A DNA stretch of 64,000 nucleotides from Candidatus Heimdallarchaeota archaeon (lineage in GTDB: Archaea; Asgardarchaeota; Heimdallarchaeia; JABLTI01): contig JAHLVW010000045.1 of NCBI GenBank assembly GCA_019058275.1, forward strand, positions 44,316 through 108,315. Direction: 5' to 3'. The position numbers and the translations under genes were made by a program. Below the pieces are notes generated by a model. That model saw only the letters and a list, made by a program, of their open reading frames with translations. It was not told the DNA's origin and made no database searches. Positions 22,017 to 32,672 of this stretch are shown here, in pieces; position 1 is the first letter of the stretch; every line of letters starts with the position of its first letter.

Positions 22017-22048
22017 GAAGGAAATTTCCTGAAAGGAATTTCCCCTTC
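22017..22048. terminator. Hairpin between convergent mtnP and hdrA, possibly a bidirectional terminator
   Basis: GAAGGAAATTTCCT-GAA-AGGAATTTCCCCTTC imperfect inverted repeat in the intergenic gap. Confidence 0.35.
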
Positions 22049-22076
22049 AAATATTTGTTATATTTATCCTGCGAGT

Positions 22077-25000
22077 CTAAGGTGTTGGTGATGATAGGTC
22101 TTCTTCATCAAACGCTGTTTCAATCATTGACTTAATTTGATCGTCTGTGTAGTGTTTAATTGAAATTGCACATGCTGGACAAGCTACCGCACAAGCACCG
22201 CATCCTTCACATAAAATCTCATTTAGATTCGATTTTATAGTGCCATCTTCTTTTTCAATTAAAGTATAAGCACCATAAGGACAGGTTGCGATACAAGTTC
22301 CACAGCCAACGCAGATATCTTCATCATGTTTAGCAGTGATTGATTCTTTTTCAATGATGTCACTTCGTACTAACTCTGTAGCATAGAGAGCTGCAGCAGC
22401 ACCTTGAGCTACAGCATCAGTAATATCTATAGGACCTCTGCAAGCACCAGCAATAAATTTACCAGCTGAAGCAGTTTCAACAGGAGCAAGTTTAATATGT
22501 TTCTCAATGTAGAAACCTTCTGTACTGCAAGACAAACCGAATATTTCAGCAGTCTTCTTCGCATCATCTTGTGGTACCATGGCAACTTGGAGTACTATAA
22601 GGTCTGGACAATAACGAATAGTTTTCTGTAGTTCATCATTAAAGATATCAAAATACATCTTGCCTTCAACATCTTTTCTGATATCACTTGGCACACCTTT
22701 CATGTATTGAACTCCCATATTTCTTGTTTTGTTGTAGAGTTCTTCGTAACCTTTTCCAAAAGTCCTAATATCCTTGTAGAATAGCATGGCATCAATATCT
22801 GATCCGTACTTATGCTTCATTAGATATGTATGTTTAACAGATGCTGTACAACAATAACGAGAGCAGTATTCATTGTAATTCTTGTCTCTGCTTCCAACAC
22901 AATTAATGAATGCGATTGACTTTGGTTTTTTACCTGTTGATGGAACAACTAATTGCCCTTCTGTAGGACCTGCAGAATTTGTATACCTTTCAAATTCAAT
23001 ACCTGTAATGATATCAGGATAATCAAGATTTTTGTAATGATATTCAGGGATAACACTGGGATCGAAGTTCTTAAATCCAGTAGCAAGAATAATTGCACCA
23101 ACTTTTTCGGTAATGTATTGAGGTTCTTCATCATGAAGAATTGCATCAGCTTCACAGGTTCTCACGCATTCTTTGCATACACCACAATCAGCACAGTAAA
23201 TACAACGACAAGCTTCTGTAATGGCTTCTTCCTCAGTTAGGGGTTTGACTACTTCCATCTTTGGATCTTTTACTCTAACTTTTGGATCTTCTTTCTTCAG
23301 TTTAACTCTCTTGATTTTATTAGCCCTTTCATAAGGTGGTTCTTCAATTCTTTCACCAGGTCTAATTCTTGTTTTGTAGATTTGAGATTTCTGAATTCCT
23401 AGAATCTGTCTTCTACCTGTGAGCAAATCAAGACCTCTTAGGTATCTGTGAACAGATTCACCAGCCCATTTGCCTGAAGCAATGGCTTCTATAACTGATT
23501 CAGGGAAGTAATAGAATTCACCACAAACGAAAATATGGGGATTGGTATCTGATTGTAAAGTCATTTTATTTACGATCAAATCGCCTTTTTCATTGACCAT
23601 GTCATCAGGTACAATGCTTCTATCAAAGTATTGCCCAATTGCAACAACAATCAGATCAGCTTTGATTAGCTCCTCAGTACCATCTTTCAAAATTGGTGCA
23701 AAATTCCCATCTTCATCAAAAACCTGAGTACATTCTAGGGTTTCTACACCAGCTACCTTACCATTCTTGCCAACAATTCGCTTAATTCCACAACTATTGA
23801 CGATTTTAATGCCTTCCTCAATAGCTCCTTGAATTTCTTCTTTATAAGCTGGCATTTCAATGTATTGTTCTAAACTAATAACTGTAATATCGGTAGCTCC
23901 TAAACGTCGACAAGTTCGGGAAACATCAACAGCTACATTACCGCCACCAATTACTACCGTTTTAAGTCCTTTTGTAGAAGGCATCTTACCTTCATGTGCT
24001 TTCTTCAAACATTCAATACCATAGCTTATTCCTTCTAAGTCTTCACCCTCAACATTTAATTTTCGAGCACCAGAAGAACCAGTTGCTACAACTACAGCAT
24101 CAAACCCTCTTTGTCGAAGTAAACCGCGTTTCTTAAGTTGATCAAAAGTGAAATCTTCATTCTTTCCTACTTTATAACCTGTTTTTAGTTCTACGCCCAT
24201 ATCTAGAATCATTTGAATTTCCATATCTAGAAGATTTTTGGGTAATCTATAGTCAGGAACAGCATACCGTAAAAGACCACCTGCTTTCTTGTTTTTCTCA
24301 AAAACTGTAACATGATAACCTCTTTTCACTAAGTCCCATGCTGCAGAAAGTCCAGCTGGGCCACCTCCAATAACTGCAACTTTTTCTTTGAATTTCTTTG
24401 GAATAAGTTCAATCTTTGGTGGACCTTTTAATTGCTCAAACTCATAATCGGAAACAAAACGTTTGAGCGTACGAATATTGACAGGTTCATCTACGTTACC
24501 TCGACTACATTCGGCTTCACAATGAGCAGAACAGATTCTACCACATACAGATGGGAAAGGCATTTCTTCTCTAATTAATTCTAATGCTTCAGCATACTTT
24601 TCTTTGGAAATCAGATTTACATAACCTTGTACATGAATGTCAGCTGGACATCCATCTCTACATGGTGGTATACCTTTTTTGTCTATAATATAACATTGAG
24701 GAACAGCTTGTGGGAATGCAATATGAATTGCTTTATGAGTACCTATGCCTTCATCAAAAATGCTGGTGACAATTGATGGACAAGTTTCAACACATTCGCC
24801 ACAAGAAGTGCATTTGTCAGGATCAACATACCGTGGGTGTTTTAGTATTTCAACTTCAAAATTTCCAACATAACCCGAAGCATTAGTAACTTCTGAATTA
24901 GTCAAAACATTAACATTCGGATGATCCCAAACTTCTGCCATTTTAGGAGTTAGAATACAAGCAGAACAATCTTGTGTTGGGAATGTTTTGTCTATTTGAG

Positions 25001-25547
25001 CCATTACTCCACCAATTGTAGACTCTCTTTCAACTAAGGTTGTTTCAATGCCTACTTTACCTAAAGCTAATGATGCTGTTATACCAGCAATGCCCCCTCC
25101 AACAACGAGTGCTTTAGGAATACTTGTAACAGTATTTGGTTCTAAAGGTGTAAGTAGAGTGGCTCTTTTCACAGCCATTCTCACAAGATCTTTAGCTTTT
25201 TTGGTAGCTCTCTCGAGGTCATCAGTAACCCAACTAACTTGCTCTCTAATGTTAGCCATTTCAAACAGATATTTGTTTAATCCTGCTGCTTGTACAGTAT
25301 TTCTAAAAGTTTCTTCATGCATTCTTGGACTACAAGATGCGACAATTACTCGATTCAAATTAAACTCAATAATATCTGCTTGGATACGCATTTGACTTGG
25401 TTTGGAACATGAGTATTTGAGATTCTCAGCATGAACAACACGAGGAAGTGTTTTTGCATATTCTGTTATTTCTGGACAATTGACATTAGCAGCAATGTTT
25501 GATCCACAATCACAAATATAGACTCCAATTCTTTTTTCTTCACTCAT
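22077..25547 (-). CDS. hdrA: HdrA-like flavo-iron-sulfur protein with an inserted GltD/NfnB-like NAD(P)H-binding module (HdrL type)
   Basis: HdrA motifs CDCGSNI, SCSPRMHE, ANIREQ, KTFPTQDCSACIL, CVGSRD and CSRYCC flank PPCRDGCP, CGRICSAHCEAEC, GGGPAG and GGGNVA; C-terminal 2x[4Fe-4S]. Confidence 0.9.
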   Translation of the reverse strand: MSEEKRIGVYICDCGSNIAANVNCPEITEYAKTLPRVVHAENLKYSCSKPSQMRIQADIIEFNLNRVIVASCSPRMHEETFRNTVQAAGLNKYLFEMANIREQVSWVTDDLERATKKAKDLVRMAVKRATLLTPLEPNTVTSIPKALVVGGGIAGITASLALGKVGIETTLVERESTIGGVMAQIDKTFPTQDCSACILTPKMAEVWDHPNVNVLTNSEVTNASGYVGNFEVEILKHPRYVDPDKCTSCGECVETCPSIVTSIFDEGIGTHKAIHIAFPQAVPQCYIIDKKGIPPCRDGCPADIHVQGYVNLISKEKYAEALELIREEMPFPSVCGRICSAHCEAECSRGNVDEPVNIRTLKRFVSDYEFEQLKGPPKIELIPKKFKEKVAVIGGGPAGLSAAWDLVKRGYHVTVFEKNKKAGGLLRYAVPDYRLPKNLLDMEIQMILDMGVELKTGYKVGKNEDFTFDQLKKRGLLRQRGFDAVVVATGSSGARKLNVEGEDLEGISYGIECLKKAHEGKMPSTKGLKTVVIGGGNVAVDVSRTCRRLGATDITVISLEQYIEMPAYKEEIQGAIEEGIKIVNSCGIKRIVGKNGKVAGVETLECTQVFDEDGNFAPILKDGTEELIKADLIVVAIGQYFDRSIVPDDMVNEKGDLIVNKMTLQSDTNPHIFVCGEFYYFPESVIEAIASGKWAGESVHRYLRGLDLLTGRRQILGIQKSQIYKTRIRPGERIEEPPYERANKIKRVKLKKEDPKVRVKDPKMEVVKPLTEEEAITEACRCIYCADCGVCKECVRTCEADAILHDEEPQYITEKVGAIILATGFKNFDPSVIPEYHYKNLDYPDIITGIEFERYTNSAGPTEGQLVVPSTGKKPKSIAFINCVGSRDKNYNEYCSRYCCTASVKHTYLMKHKYGSDIDAMLFYKDIRTFGKGYEELYNKTRNMGVQYMKGVPSDIRKDVEGKMYFDIFNDELQKTIRYCPDLIVLQVAMVPQDDAKKTAEIFGLSCSTEGFYIEKHIKLAPVETASAGKFIAGACRGPIDITDAVAQGAAAALYATELVRSDIIEKESITAKHDEDICVGCGTCIATCPYGAYTLIEKEDGTIKSNLNEILCEGCGACAVACPACAISIKHYTDDQIKSMIETAFDEEDLSSPTP

Positions 25548-25877
25548 AATATGGTGTCTCCTACCACCTAGCTTATTTACCTCGAAATTATTTTGATTTT
25601 CTTAGTTTAAATTTCTCTGTAAAGTATAGAATAAATTCATATCATCAAATGTAAAGAATTATAATATTATAAAAGATTCGTAATTATAAATTTAGCTAAC
25701 GATTTCTTTTATGAAGATTTGAATTTAAAAAAATCATTTTTAAGTGCCTACTCAAAAATAAACACTAATAAAAGGCATAAGGAAAGTTATTAAGATAAAT
25801 ATCCTTAATGTTCTAATCACATGCTTTAGTTAAAATGACTATGAATTTAGCAAGTAAACAATTGCAGGAGAAGAAGA

Positions 25878-26723
25878 ATGTATAGCTATATCTCATTAAA
25901 AGTCAACTGTCCTAACTGTAATAAATCTTTGTTGGACAGAAAGACACTAGTAGATGATATACCAGGCATTAAACTTAGTATTTCAGAAGATGGTACTGAA
26001 GGAATTATTCATTTAAGCTCTTTTTATGGAAGCTATAATTATGATACTGATTTAACCATTGTTCCAGAAAAAGTGTACAAATTTTCATGTCCACATTGCA
26101 ATACACCATTTTTAGAAGATATGAAGTGCAATGAATGCTCTGCTGGTTTAGTCCATATGAACATTAAAGATGGAGGTGTTGTCAGATTCTGCTCAAGAGC
26201 GGGTTGTAAGAAACGTAGTGTAGAATTTGAGGACTTATCATCTGTGCATCATTATTTCCAAGAGACTTATGAAGGGAATATAAACCATGCAACACATACT
26301 GAAGAAGAAGCTAAAGCTCAAAAAGAAATCATTAAAAGTGGTACTTTCCTGAGAATGTATTGCAAACATTGCAAAGAAGGTTTAATTGAGAAAGGATCAG
26401 TTATTTTCAGAATAATAAATGAGAATGATGAAACTGGTTTTCTAATGTTAAGTCCCTATCTTAATGTCTTTACTAATAAATCAACCATTTTTATACCCGA
26501 TGGAGCAGTCGTAAAAGATATTACCTGTCCTCATTGTAAAGCTACTCTAATAGATCCAGAGAAGAATTGTCAAGAATGTGGCTCACCTGCTGTAGAAACT
26601 GATGTAGCTGCTTTACGAAAGCTCATTGAGTTTAATTTCTGTTCTAAGAAAGGTTGCCATTGGCATAGCTTGGATGAGCAAGATCTTCATTTTGTGGTAT
26701 TAGAAGATAGTGAGTATTGGTAA
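25878..26723 (+). CDS. Multi-CxxC (putative Zn/Fe-binding) protein with two internal repeats, paralogue 1
   Basis: Two copies of CPxC...LS(S/P)(F/Y)...CPHC...CxxC...FCSxxGCxx(H/R). Confidence 0.8.
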   Translation: MYSYISLKVNCPNCNKSLLDRKTLVDDIPGIKLSISEDGTEGIIHLSSFYGSYNYDTDLTIVPEKVYKFSCPHCNTPFLEDMKCNECSAGLVHMNIKDGGVVRFCSRAGCKKRSVEFEDLSSVHHYFQETYEGNINHATHTEEEAKAQKEIIKSGTFLRMYCKHCKEGLIEKGSVIFRIINENDETGFLMLSPYLNVFTNKSTIFIPDGAVVKDITCPHCKATLIDPEKNCQECGSPAVETDVAALRKLIEFNFCSKKGCHWHSLDEQDLHFVVLEDSEYW

Positions 26724-26970
26724 ACTATCATTACTCTTAATTTCTTTTCATTTTTTTCTTAAATATCTCTTATAAAAAACAAGCAAAAATATCAATCCTT
26801 TGACTATTTATTAAAATCTTTACTAACAAGTTTATATAATTACAAATCCAAATATAATAAAAAGAAACACAGTAAAAGTTAAGCAATTATTAGCTATGAT
26901 TTTACAAAAAAAAAAAAATAAATTTATAACAAATCACCTTATATCTTAACTTTTACTTGGGGGTCAGCTA

Positions 26971-27759
26971 ATGAGTGATCTAATATCACTAACTGTATGG
27001 TGTCCACTTTGTAGCAAATCATTAATGGATAAAGAGAAATTGATTGATGGAAAGCCTAGTATTAAACTAGGTATTTCAGATAAAAGCAATAAGTGTAATA
27101 TTTATATGAGCTCTTACTACGGAAGTTATAACTTCGATTCTGATTTTGAAACTGTCAATGAGCAAGTTTATAAAATTAGTTGTCCAAATTGCGAAAAACA
27201 AATCACATCTGACATTAAATGTGACGACTGTTCTGCTATGATGATACCTTTAAACATTGAAGGTGTTGGCATAGTAAAATTCTGTTCTAGATCTGGTTGT
27301 AAACATCACACTATAGAAGTAGAGGATTTAGAATATCTTGATTATTACAAAGTTAAAAAAGAGCTGATTGAGAACGGAACGTATCTCCGAACATTTTGTC
27401 CACATTGTAACAAAAGTAATGCTGAAGGTAATGTTGTCAGATTTCTAATAATAAACCAAAAAGGTGAAACTGGCGAATTAATGCTAAGTCCCTATTTGAA
27501 TCTATTTACAAACAAGTCAACTATTGATATACTTGAGGGTGAAGTTGCTCAAGATATAAAATGCCCTAACTGTGAGAAAAGCTTGATAGTCAAAGGAAGA
27601 AACTGCGAAGAATGTGCTTCACAAATTGTAGGTTTGAATGTTGCTGCTGTTTCAAAACTAATAGCGTTCAACTTCTGTGCAAAGAAAGGATGTCATTGGC
27701 ACGGGTTAAGTAGTGATGATATGGAAAGTGTCTTGTTAGAAGACAGTGACGCATGGTAA
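26971..27759 (+). CDS. Multi-CxxC protein with two internal repeats, paralogue 2
   Basis: Colinear with 25878..26723 (shared LMLSPYLNxFTNKSTI, FNFCxKKGCHWH, LEDSxxW). Confidence 0.8.
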   Translation: MSDLISLTVWCPLCSKSLMDKEKLIDGKPSIKLGISDKSNKCNIYMSSYYGSYNFDSDFETVNEQVYKISCPNCEKQITSDIKCDDCSAMMIPLNIEGVGIVKFCSRSGCKHHTIEVEDLEYLDYYKVKKELIENGTYLRTFCPHCNKSNAEGNVVRFLIINQKGETGELMLSPYLNLFTNKSTIDILEGEVAQDIKCPNCEKSLIVKGRNCEECASQIVGLNVAAVSKLIAFNFCAKKGCHWHGLSSDDMESVLLEDSDAW

Positions 27760-27812
27760 TAAACCACTTTGCAAAAGAGAACAAAAATTTCGTAGTTAAC
27801 GAGGATATCTCT

Positions 27813-28364
27813 ATGAGCACGAATAGTATTCGCAAAATAGTTAAACAGGATTTTGAACTTAACACTAATGCAGTACAAAAAATCAATAAAATATTAGAAA
27901 TATCAAATCACGATTCTAGAAATTTAATTCCGATTCTACAAGATTTACAGGACGAATTCAATTATCTTCCAGAAAAAATCATTTCACATATTGCAAAAGA
28001 GTTGAATGTTTCAGAGCATCATATTTACGGTGTTGCTACATTCTACTCGCAATTTAAATTTATTAAACCAGGCAAACATATTATTAGAGTTTGTATGGGG
28101 ACTGCCTGTCATGTTCTTGGAGCACAATCACTTCTAGATAAATTGTCTCGAGATCTGAAAATAGATTCAGGCGAAACGACCGAAGATGAATTGTTTAGCC
28201 TTGAAAGTGTGTATTGCTTAGGATGTTGTGCTTTAGCACCTGTAATGTTGATTGATGACGAAGTTTACGGAAGTATGACTGCAGCTAAAGTAAATAAGAT
28301 CTTGCGAAAATATCGCAAGGTTGACAAGCCAAAGCAAACTAAAAGCGGGACTGGTAAGAAATGA
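27813..28364 (+). CDS. NuoE/HydC-like [2Fe-2S] subunit (start probably MSTNS at 27813)
   Basis: GVATFYSQF, CMGTACH and CLGCCALAP motifs. Confidence 0.92.
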   Translation: MSTNSIRKIVKQDFELNTNAVQKINKILEISNHDSRNLIPILQDLQDEFNYLPEKIISHIAKELNVSEHHIYGVATFYSQFKFIKPGKHIIRVCMGTACHVLGAQSLLDKLSRDLKIDSGETTEDELFSLESVYCLGCCALAPVMLIDDEVYGSMTAAKVNKILRKYRKVDKPKQTKSGTGKK

Positions 28365-30232
28365 GTAATTTTTATTCAATGGTTAAACAAGCTAAAACCT
28401 CTTGGGAAAACTTACAAAACCAAAAGAAGCCAGTCATCTACACTGGAGCAGCATCATGTGGAAGAGCAGCTGGTATATTACCTATAATTGAGGAACTAAA
28501 AGATATCTCAAAACAGATACCCATTGACATAGTTGAAGTGGGATGCATCGGTCCATGTTATCTAGAACCAATTATAGGTATTCAGAAAAAAGGAACACCA
28601 ACGATACTATACGGAAATGTTCAAGCAAGGCAAGTAAAAGAGATAGTGGAAAATTACCTAGTTAAAGGAAACCCACAAGCTGATAAGGCAATTGGTGTGT
28701 TGGGAGAAAATGGCAAAGAAGGAATTCCTTCATTTTGGGAACATCCTATGTTAAAGAATCAAGTACGTATTGTATTAAGAAATTGTGGCATTATTGATCC
28801 AACAAACATTGATCATTATTTAGCAATGGATGGTTATCTTGGTTTAAAAAACGCATTAGCAATGAGTCCAGATGAAGTAATTAAAGTTGTTACTGATGCT
28901 GGCTTACGAGGTAGAGGTGGTGCTGGTTTCCCAACAGGATTAAAATGGAAATTTACACGAATGGAAAAAGAACCAGAGAAGTATATTATCTGTAATGCAG
29001 ATGAAGGTGATCCAGGAGCTTTTATGAATCGATCACTAATTGAAGGTGATCCACATGCAGTTTTAGAGGGCATGGTAATAGGTGCTTACGCAATTGGAGC
29101 TCAGAAGGGGTATGTCTACTGCCGAGCAGAATACCCATTAGCTATAGAACGTTTTGAAAAAGCAATAGCAGACATGAAAGAGCGAGGTTTCTTAGGTGAA
29201 GATATACTAAATAATGATTTCACTTTTAATATTGAAATCAAAAAAGGTGCAGGAGCATTCGTCTGTGGTGAAGAAACAGCACTCATAGCTTCTGTTATGG
29301 GTGACAGAGGAATGCCAAGACAGAAACCACCATATCCATCACAGCAAGGAGTTTGGGATAAACCAACGGTAATAAATAACGTAGAAACATTAGGAACAGT
29401 TCCAACAATCCTAAGAATGGGTAAGAGTTGGTACAGCAAATTTGGAACTGAGCAATCAAAAGGAACGAAAACATTTTCGCTTGTTGGTAAAATAAAACGT
29501 CCTGGACTAATTGAGGTACCATTAGGAACCTCATTACGAGAAGTTGTTTTCAATATAGGTGGTGGGGTTGCTGAAGAGAAGAATTTCAAAGCAATTCAAG
29601 TAGGAGGTCCCTCTGGAGGAACAATACCTTCTGCTTTTATCGATGAACTGTTAGATTATGAGGAACTTGGTAAATTAGGTGCTATAATGGGATCAGGAGG
29701 AATAGTAGTCATCGATGATGAAACATGTGTAGTTGATCTTTCCAGGTACTTCCTTAAATTTACAGAAGCCGAATCTTGCGGAAAATGTGTGCCTTGTCGA
29801 ATTGGTAATAAACAACTTTTAATTTTGCTAGAAAAAATCACTGCTGGTAATGGAACAATTGATGATTTTGAACTTTTGGAAGAACTAGCTCACACAATAT
29901 CAGAAGGTTCACTTTGTGGACTTGGAAAAACAGCTCCAAATCCAGTAATAACCACTTTGACTTATTTTAGAGATGAATATAGAGCACATGTTTTGGATAG
30001 AAAATGTCCTGCAAAAGTATGCAAGGATTTGTTTATTTACCAAGTAGATGAAGAAACTTGCATAGGTTGTGAAATATGTAGAAAGATGTGTCCTACCAAA
30101 GCAGTTACTGGAGAGAAAAAGCAACCGCATGTAATTGACATATCAAAGTGTATCAAATGCGATGTTTGTTTCACTAATTGTCCAGCAAAAGCAATTAGGA
30201 AAATTGACAGGGTGGAGGTAGAAACATGGTAG
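28361..30232 (+). CDS. NuoF/HydB-like FMN/NADH subunit, electron-bifurcating type
   Basis: N-terminal thioredoxin-like FeS domain; GRGGAGFP, NADEGDPGAFM, GAFVCGEE, GGPSG, ESCGKCVPCR and H...CPAKVC motifs; C-terminal 2x[4Fe-4S]. Confidence 0.93.
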   Translation: MSNFYSMVKQAKTSWENLQNQKKPVIYTGAASCGRAAGILPIIEELKDISKQIPIDIVEVGCIGPCYLEPIIGIQKKGTPTILYGNVQARQVKEIVENYLVKGNPQADKAIGVLGENGKEGIPSFWEHPMLKNQVRIVLRNCGIIDPTNIDHYLAMDGYLGLKNALAMSPDEVIKVVTDAGLRGRGGAGFPTGLKWKFTRMEKEPEKYIICNADEGDPGAFMNRSLIEGDPHAVLEGMVIGAYAIGAQKGYVYCRAEYPLAIERFEKAIADMKERGFLGEDILNNDFTFNIEIKKGAGAFVCGEETALIASVMGDRGMPRQKPPYPSQQGVWDKPTVINNVETLGTVPTILRMGKSWYSKFGTEQSKGTKTFSLVGKIKRPGLIEVPLGTSLREVVFNIGGGVAEEKNFKAIQVGGPSGGTIPSAFIDELLDYEELGKLGAIMGSGGIVVIDDETCVVDLSRYFLKFTEAESCGKCVPCRIGNKQLLILLEKITAGNGTIDDFELLEELAHTISEGSLCGLGKTAPNPVITTLTYFRDEYRAHVLDRKCPAKVCKDLFIYQVDEETCIGCEICRKMCPTKAVTGEKKQPHVIDISKCIKCDVCFTNCPAKAIRKIDRVEVETW

Positions 30233-31806
30233 AAAATATGTTAGTCGTAAATGGCAAACAATTACGCTATGTAGAAGGTAAAACAATTTTAGAAATAGCA
30301 AGAGATAATGGGATTCATATTCCCTCTCTTTGTGCTCATGAACGATTGCCTTCTTTTGGTGCATGTAGATTATGCATGGTAAAAGTTCATGGAACATCCG
30401 GATTCATGAATGCCTGCACAACATCTGTGAAACCAGGAATGGTAATAACAACAGATAGCTTGGAAATTAAGAAACTTCGAAGATCAATTTTTGAACTCAT
30501 TCTCTCAGAACATCCTAGTAGTTGTATGATGTGTGATCAAGCAGATCATTGTGACAAATTTAATTCAGGTATCATGAAAGCTGGAGTCATTACCGGTTGC
30601 AATACTTGCCCAAATAAGGAAATGTGTGAAGTGCGAATTGTTGGTGATGAGCTGAACTTCAAAAGCATTCGATTTCCAATGTTCTACAAAGAAATACCCC
30701 TCGAGCGAAATGATCCATTCTTTGATCGAGATTATAACTTGTGTATTCACTGTGGTAGATGTGTCAGAGTTTGTCAAGATGTCGATGGGGCAAATATTTT
30801 AGTCTTTACTAAAAAAGGACATGATACTAAAGTCGGAACTTCTTTTGAAAAACCTCATATCGAAACAAACTGCAAGTTTTGTGGACAGTGTATTGACGTT
30901 TGTCCAACAGGAGCATTATCAGCTAGAGGACAAAAGTGGTATGAATGTCCTGATGACAAAGTAAGAACTACTTGTATTCTTTGCAAAAAAGGATGCCGAT
31001 TTGAAATAGACGTAAAATGGGATCGAATGGTTGGCATGCGTCCGGATCCTGATTACAAAACACTAGAGACTGGCATATGTGTAAAGGGACGATTCTGTTT
31101 ACCAGTGATGTTAAACAATGTCGATCGATTGCGTTTTCCAAGAGTTATGAAGAATTTCAAACTTTACCCAACAAATTGGGATGAGGTAGCTGTCCATGTG
31201 GCAGAAGTAATTGAGAGGTATCCATCATCAAAGATTGCTCTTTACTTATCAAATTTCTTGATTAATGAAGCAGAATATGTTTTTAGAAAATTCGCAAATC
31301 AACTTGAAATAACTAACATCTTCACCAAACCAGAAGACTTAGCACAAATAGACAAGAAAGGAATAAAAGTCCTTTACACGACAGAAGGATTGCCAAAGCT
31401 GAACAAATACAAATCATTAGAGCATATTATTTTCCAAGAAATATTTCCAGCAGATGGATATGAACATGCTGAAGTAATTCTACCTGCAGCTGCGTTCACT
31501 GAGGAATTTGGAACTTATATAACCGAAAGAGGACCAATGCCTCTACAAAAAATCGTAAAAGCTCCTGATCTAGCTCTCGAAGATTGGAAGATAGTTGTAA
31601 AGATTGCTAGAGAATTAGCTCTGACAGGATTCGATTTCCTAGATACAGATGAAATAGACCAGGAAATTGGCAGAGTACATTATCGACCAGAAATAAAACC
31701 AGTAGGTGAGTACTATTTAAAATATCGTGGTACTCCAATTGCTGAAAAAGTGCCTGATTTCGACCTTCTTCTAAGGTATAGAAAAGGTAGGGAGAAAATG
31801 TGGTGA
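30226..31806 (+). CDS. NuoG/HydA-like FeS subunit with a truncated, probably non-catalytic molybdopterin-oxidoreductase-type domain
   Basis: IPSLC..GACRLC..AC [2Fe-2S], HxxxCxxC, 2x[4Fe-4S] and TTCILCKKGC...CVKG, then a short remnant ending VILPAAAFTEEFGT...EDWKI. No H-cluster motifs. Confidence 0.85.
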   Translation: MVENMLVVNGKQLRYVEGKTILEIARDNGIHIPSLCAHERLPSFGACRLCMVKVHGTSGFMNACTTSVKPGMVITTDSLEIKKLRRSIFELILSEHPSSCMMCDQADHCDKFNSGIMKAGVITGCNTCPNKEMCEVRIVGDELNFKSIRFPMFYKEIPLERNDPFFDRDYNLCIHCGRCVRVCQDVDGANILVFTKKGHDTKVGTSFEKPHIETNCKFCGQCIDVCPTGALSARGQKWYECPDDKVRTTCILCKKGCRFEIDVKWDRMVGMRPDPDYKTLETGICVKGRFCLPVMLNNVDRLRFPRVMKNFKLYPTNWDEVAVHVAEVIERYPSSKIALYLSNFLINEAEYVFRKFANQLEITNIFTKPEDLAQIDKKGIKVLYTTEGLPKLNKYKSLEHIIFQEIFPADGYEHAEVILPAAAFTEEFGTYITERGPMPLQKIVKAPDLALEDWKIVVKIARELALTGFDFLDTDEIDQEIGRVHYRPEIKPVGEYYLKYRGTPIAEKVPDFDLLLRYRKGREKMW

Positions 31807-32672
31807 TAAAGATGTACCAAATCGTAGATAAAATTGAGGAAGCACCAAATGTACACAGATTAATAATACATGAACCAATGATTGCAGAAAAAGCTCAACC
31901 AGGGCAATTTGTAATCATAATGTCAGATGAGAAGGGTGAACGTGTTCCTATGTCCATAGCAAGTACAGAGAAAAATACTTTCACAATATTCCTCCTTGAA
32001 TTAGGTATATCTTCTGCAAAAATTGCGAATCTGAAAAAAGGTGATGACCTTTACTGTGTAGTTGGACCACTTGGTATGCCATCAAAGATAGAAAACTATG
32101 GACGAGTAGTACTTGGAGGAGGATGCTATGGTATTGGAGCAATATACCCAATAGCCAAGGCATTAAAAGAAGCAGGGAATCATGTGACTAGTATTCTTGA
32201 AGCAAGAAACAAATACCTACTCTATTATCAAAAGGAACTGGAAGCAGTATCAGATGAAGTATATATTGCTACTTCAGATGGTTCAGTCGGAACTAAAGGA
32301 CATGTGCAAGATGTTCTTGTGAATCTAATAAGAGACGATCATCAATACGACCATGCAAAATTCATTGGCTGTACTTATATGATGATGAATTGTGCACACA
32401 TTACACACCCTTATAAGATTCCAACAATGGTTAGCTTGAATACTATCATGCTTGATGCGACAGGAATGTGCGGTTGTTGTAGGGTCACAGTCGACGGTGA
32501 CACTAAATTTGCTTGTGTTGATGGTCCAGAATTTGATGGTCATTTAGTGAACTGGAATGAACTAATGATGAGAAAGAAATCTTACCATGAAGAAGAGATG
32601 ATTTCCTATCAAACGGGTCCACACGTCTGTAGAGCACTTCTAGAAATAAACTTTGGTGAGAACATTGAGTGA
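31800..32672 (+). CDS. Nfn small subunit (NfnS/NfnA, SudB-like)
   Basis: PGQFVII, GERVPMSI, GPLG, DATGMCGCCRV and FACVDGPEFDGH motifs. Confidence 0.9.
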   Translation: MVIKMYQIVDKIEEAPNVHRLIIHEPMIAEKAQPGQFVIIMSDEKGERVPMSIASTEKNTFTIFLLELGISSAKIANLKKGDDLYCVVGPLGMPSKIENYGRVVLGGGCYGIGAIYPIAKALKEAGNHVTSILEARNKYLLYYQKELEAVSDEVYIATSDGSVGTKGHVQDVLVNLIRDDHQYDHAKFIGCTYMMMNCAHITHPYKIPTMVSLNTIMLDATGMCGCCRVTVDGDTKFACVDGPEFDGHLVNWNELMMRKKSYHEEEMISYQTGPHVCRALLEINFGENIE

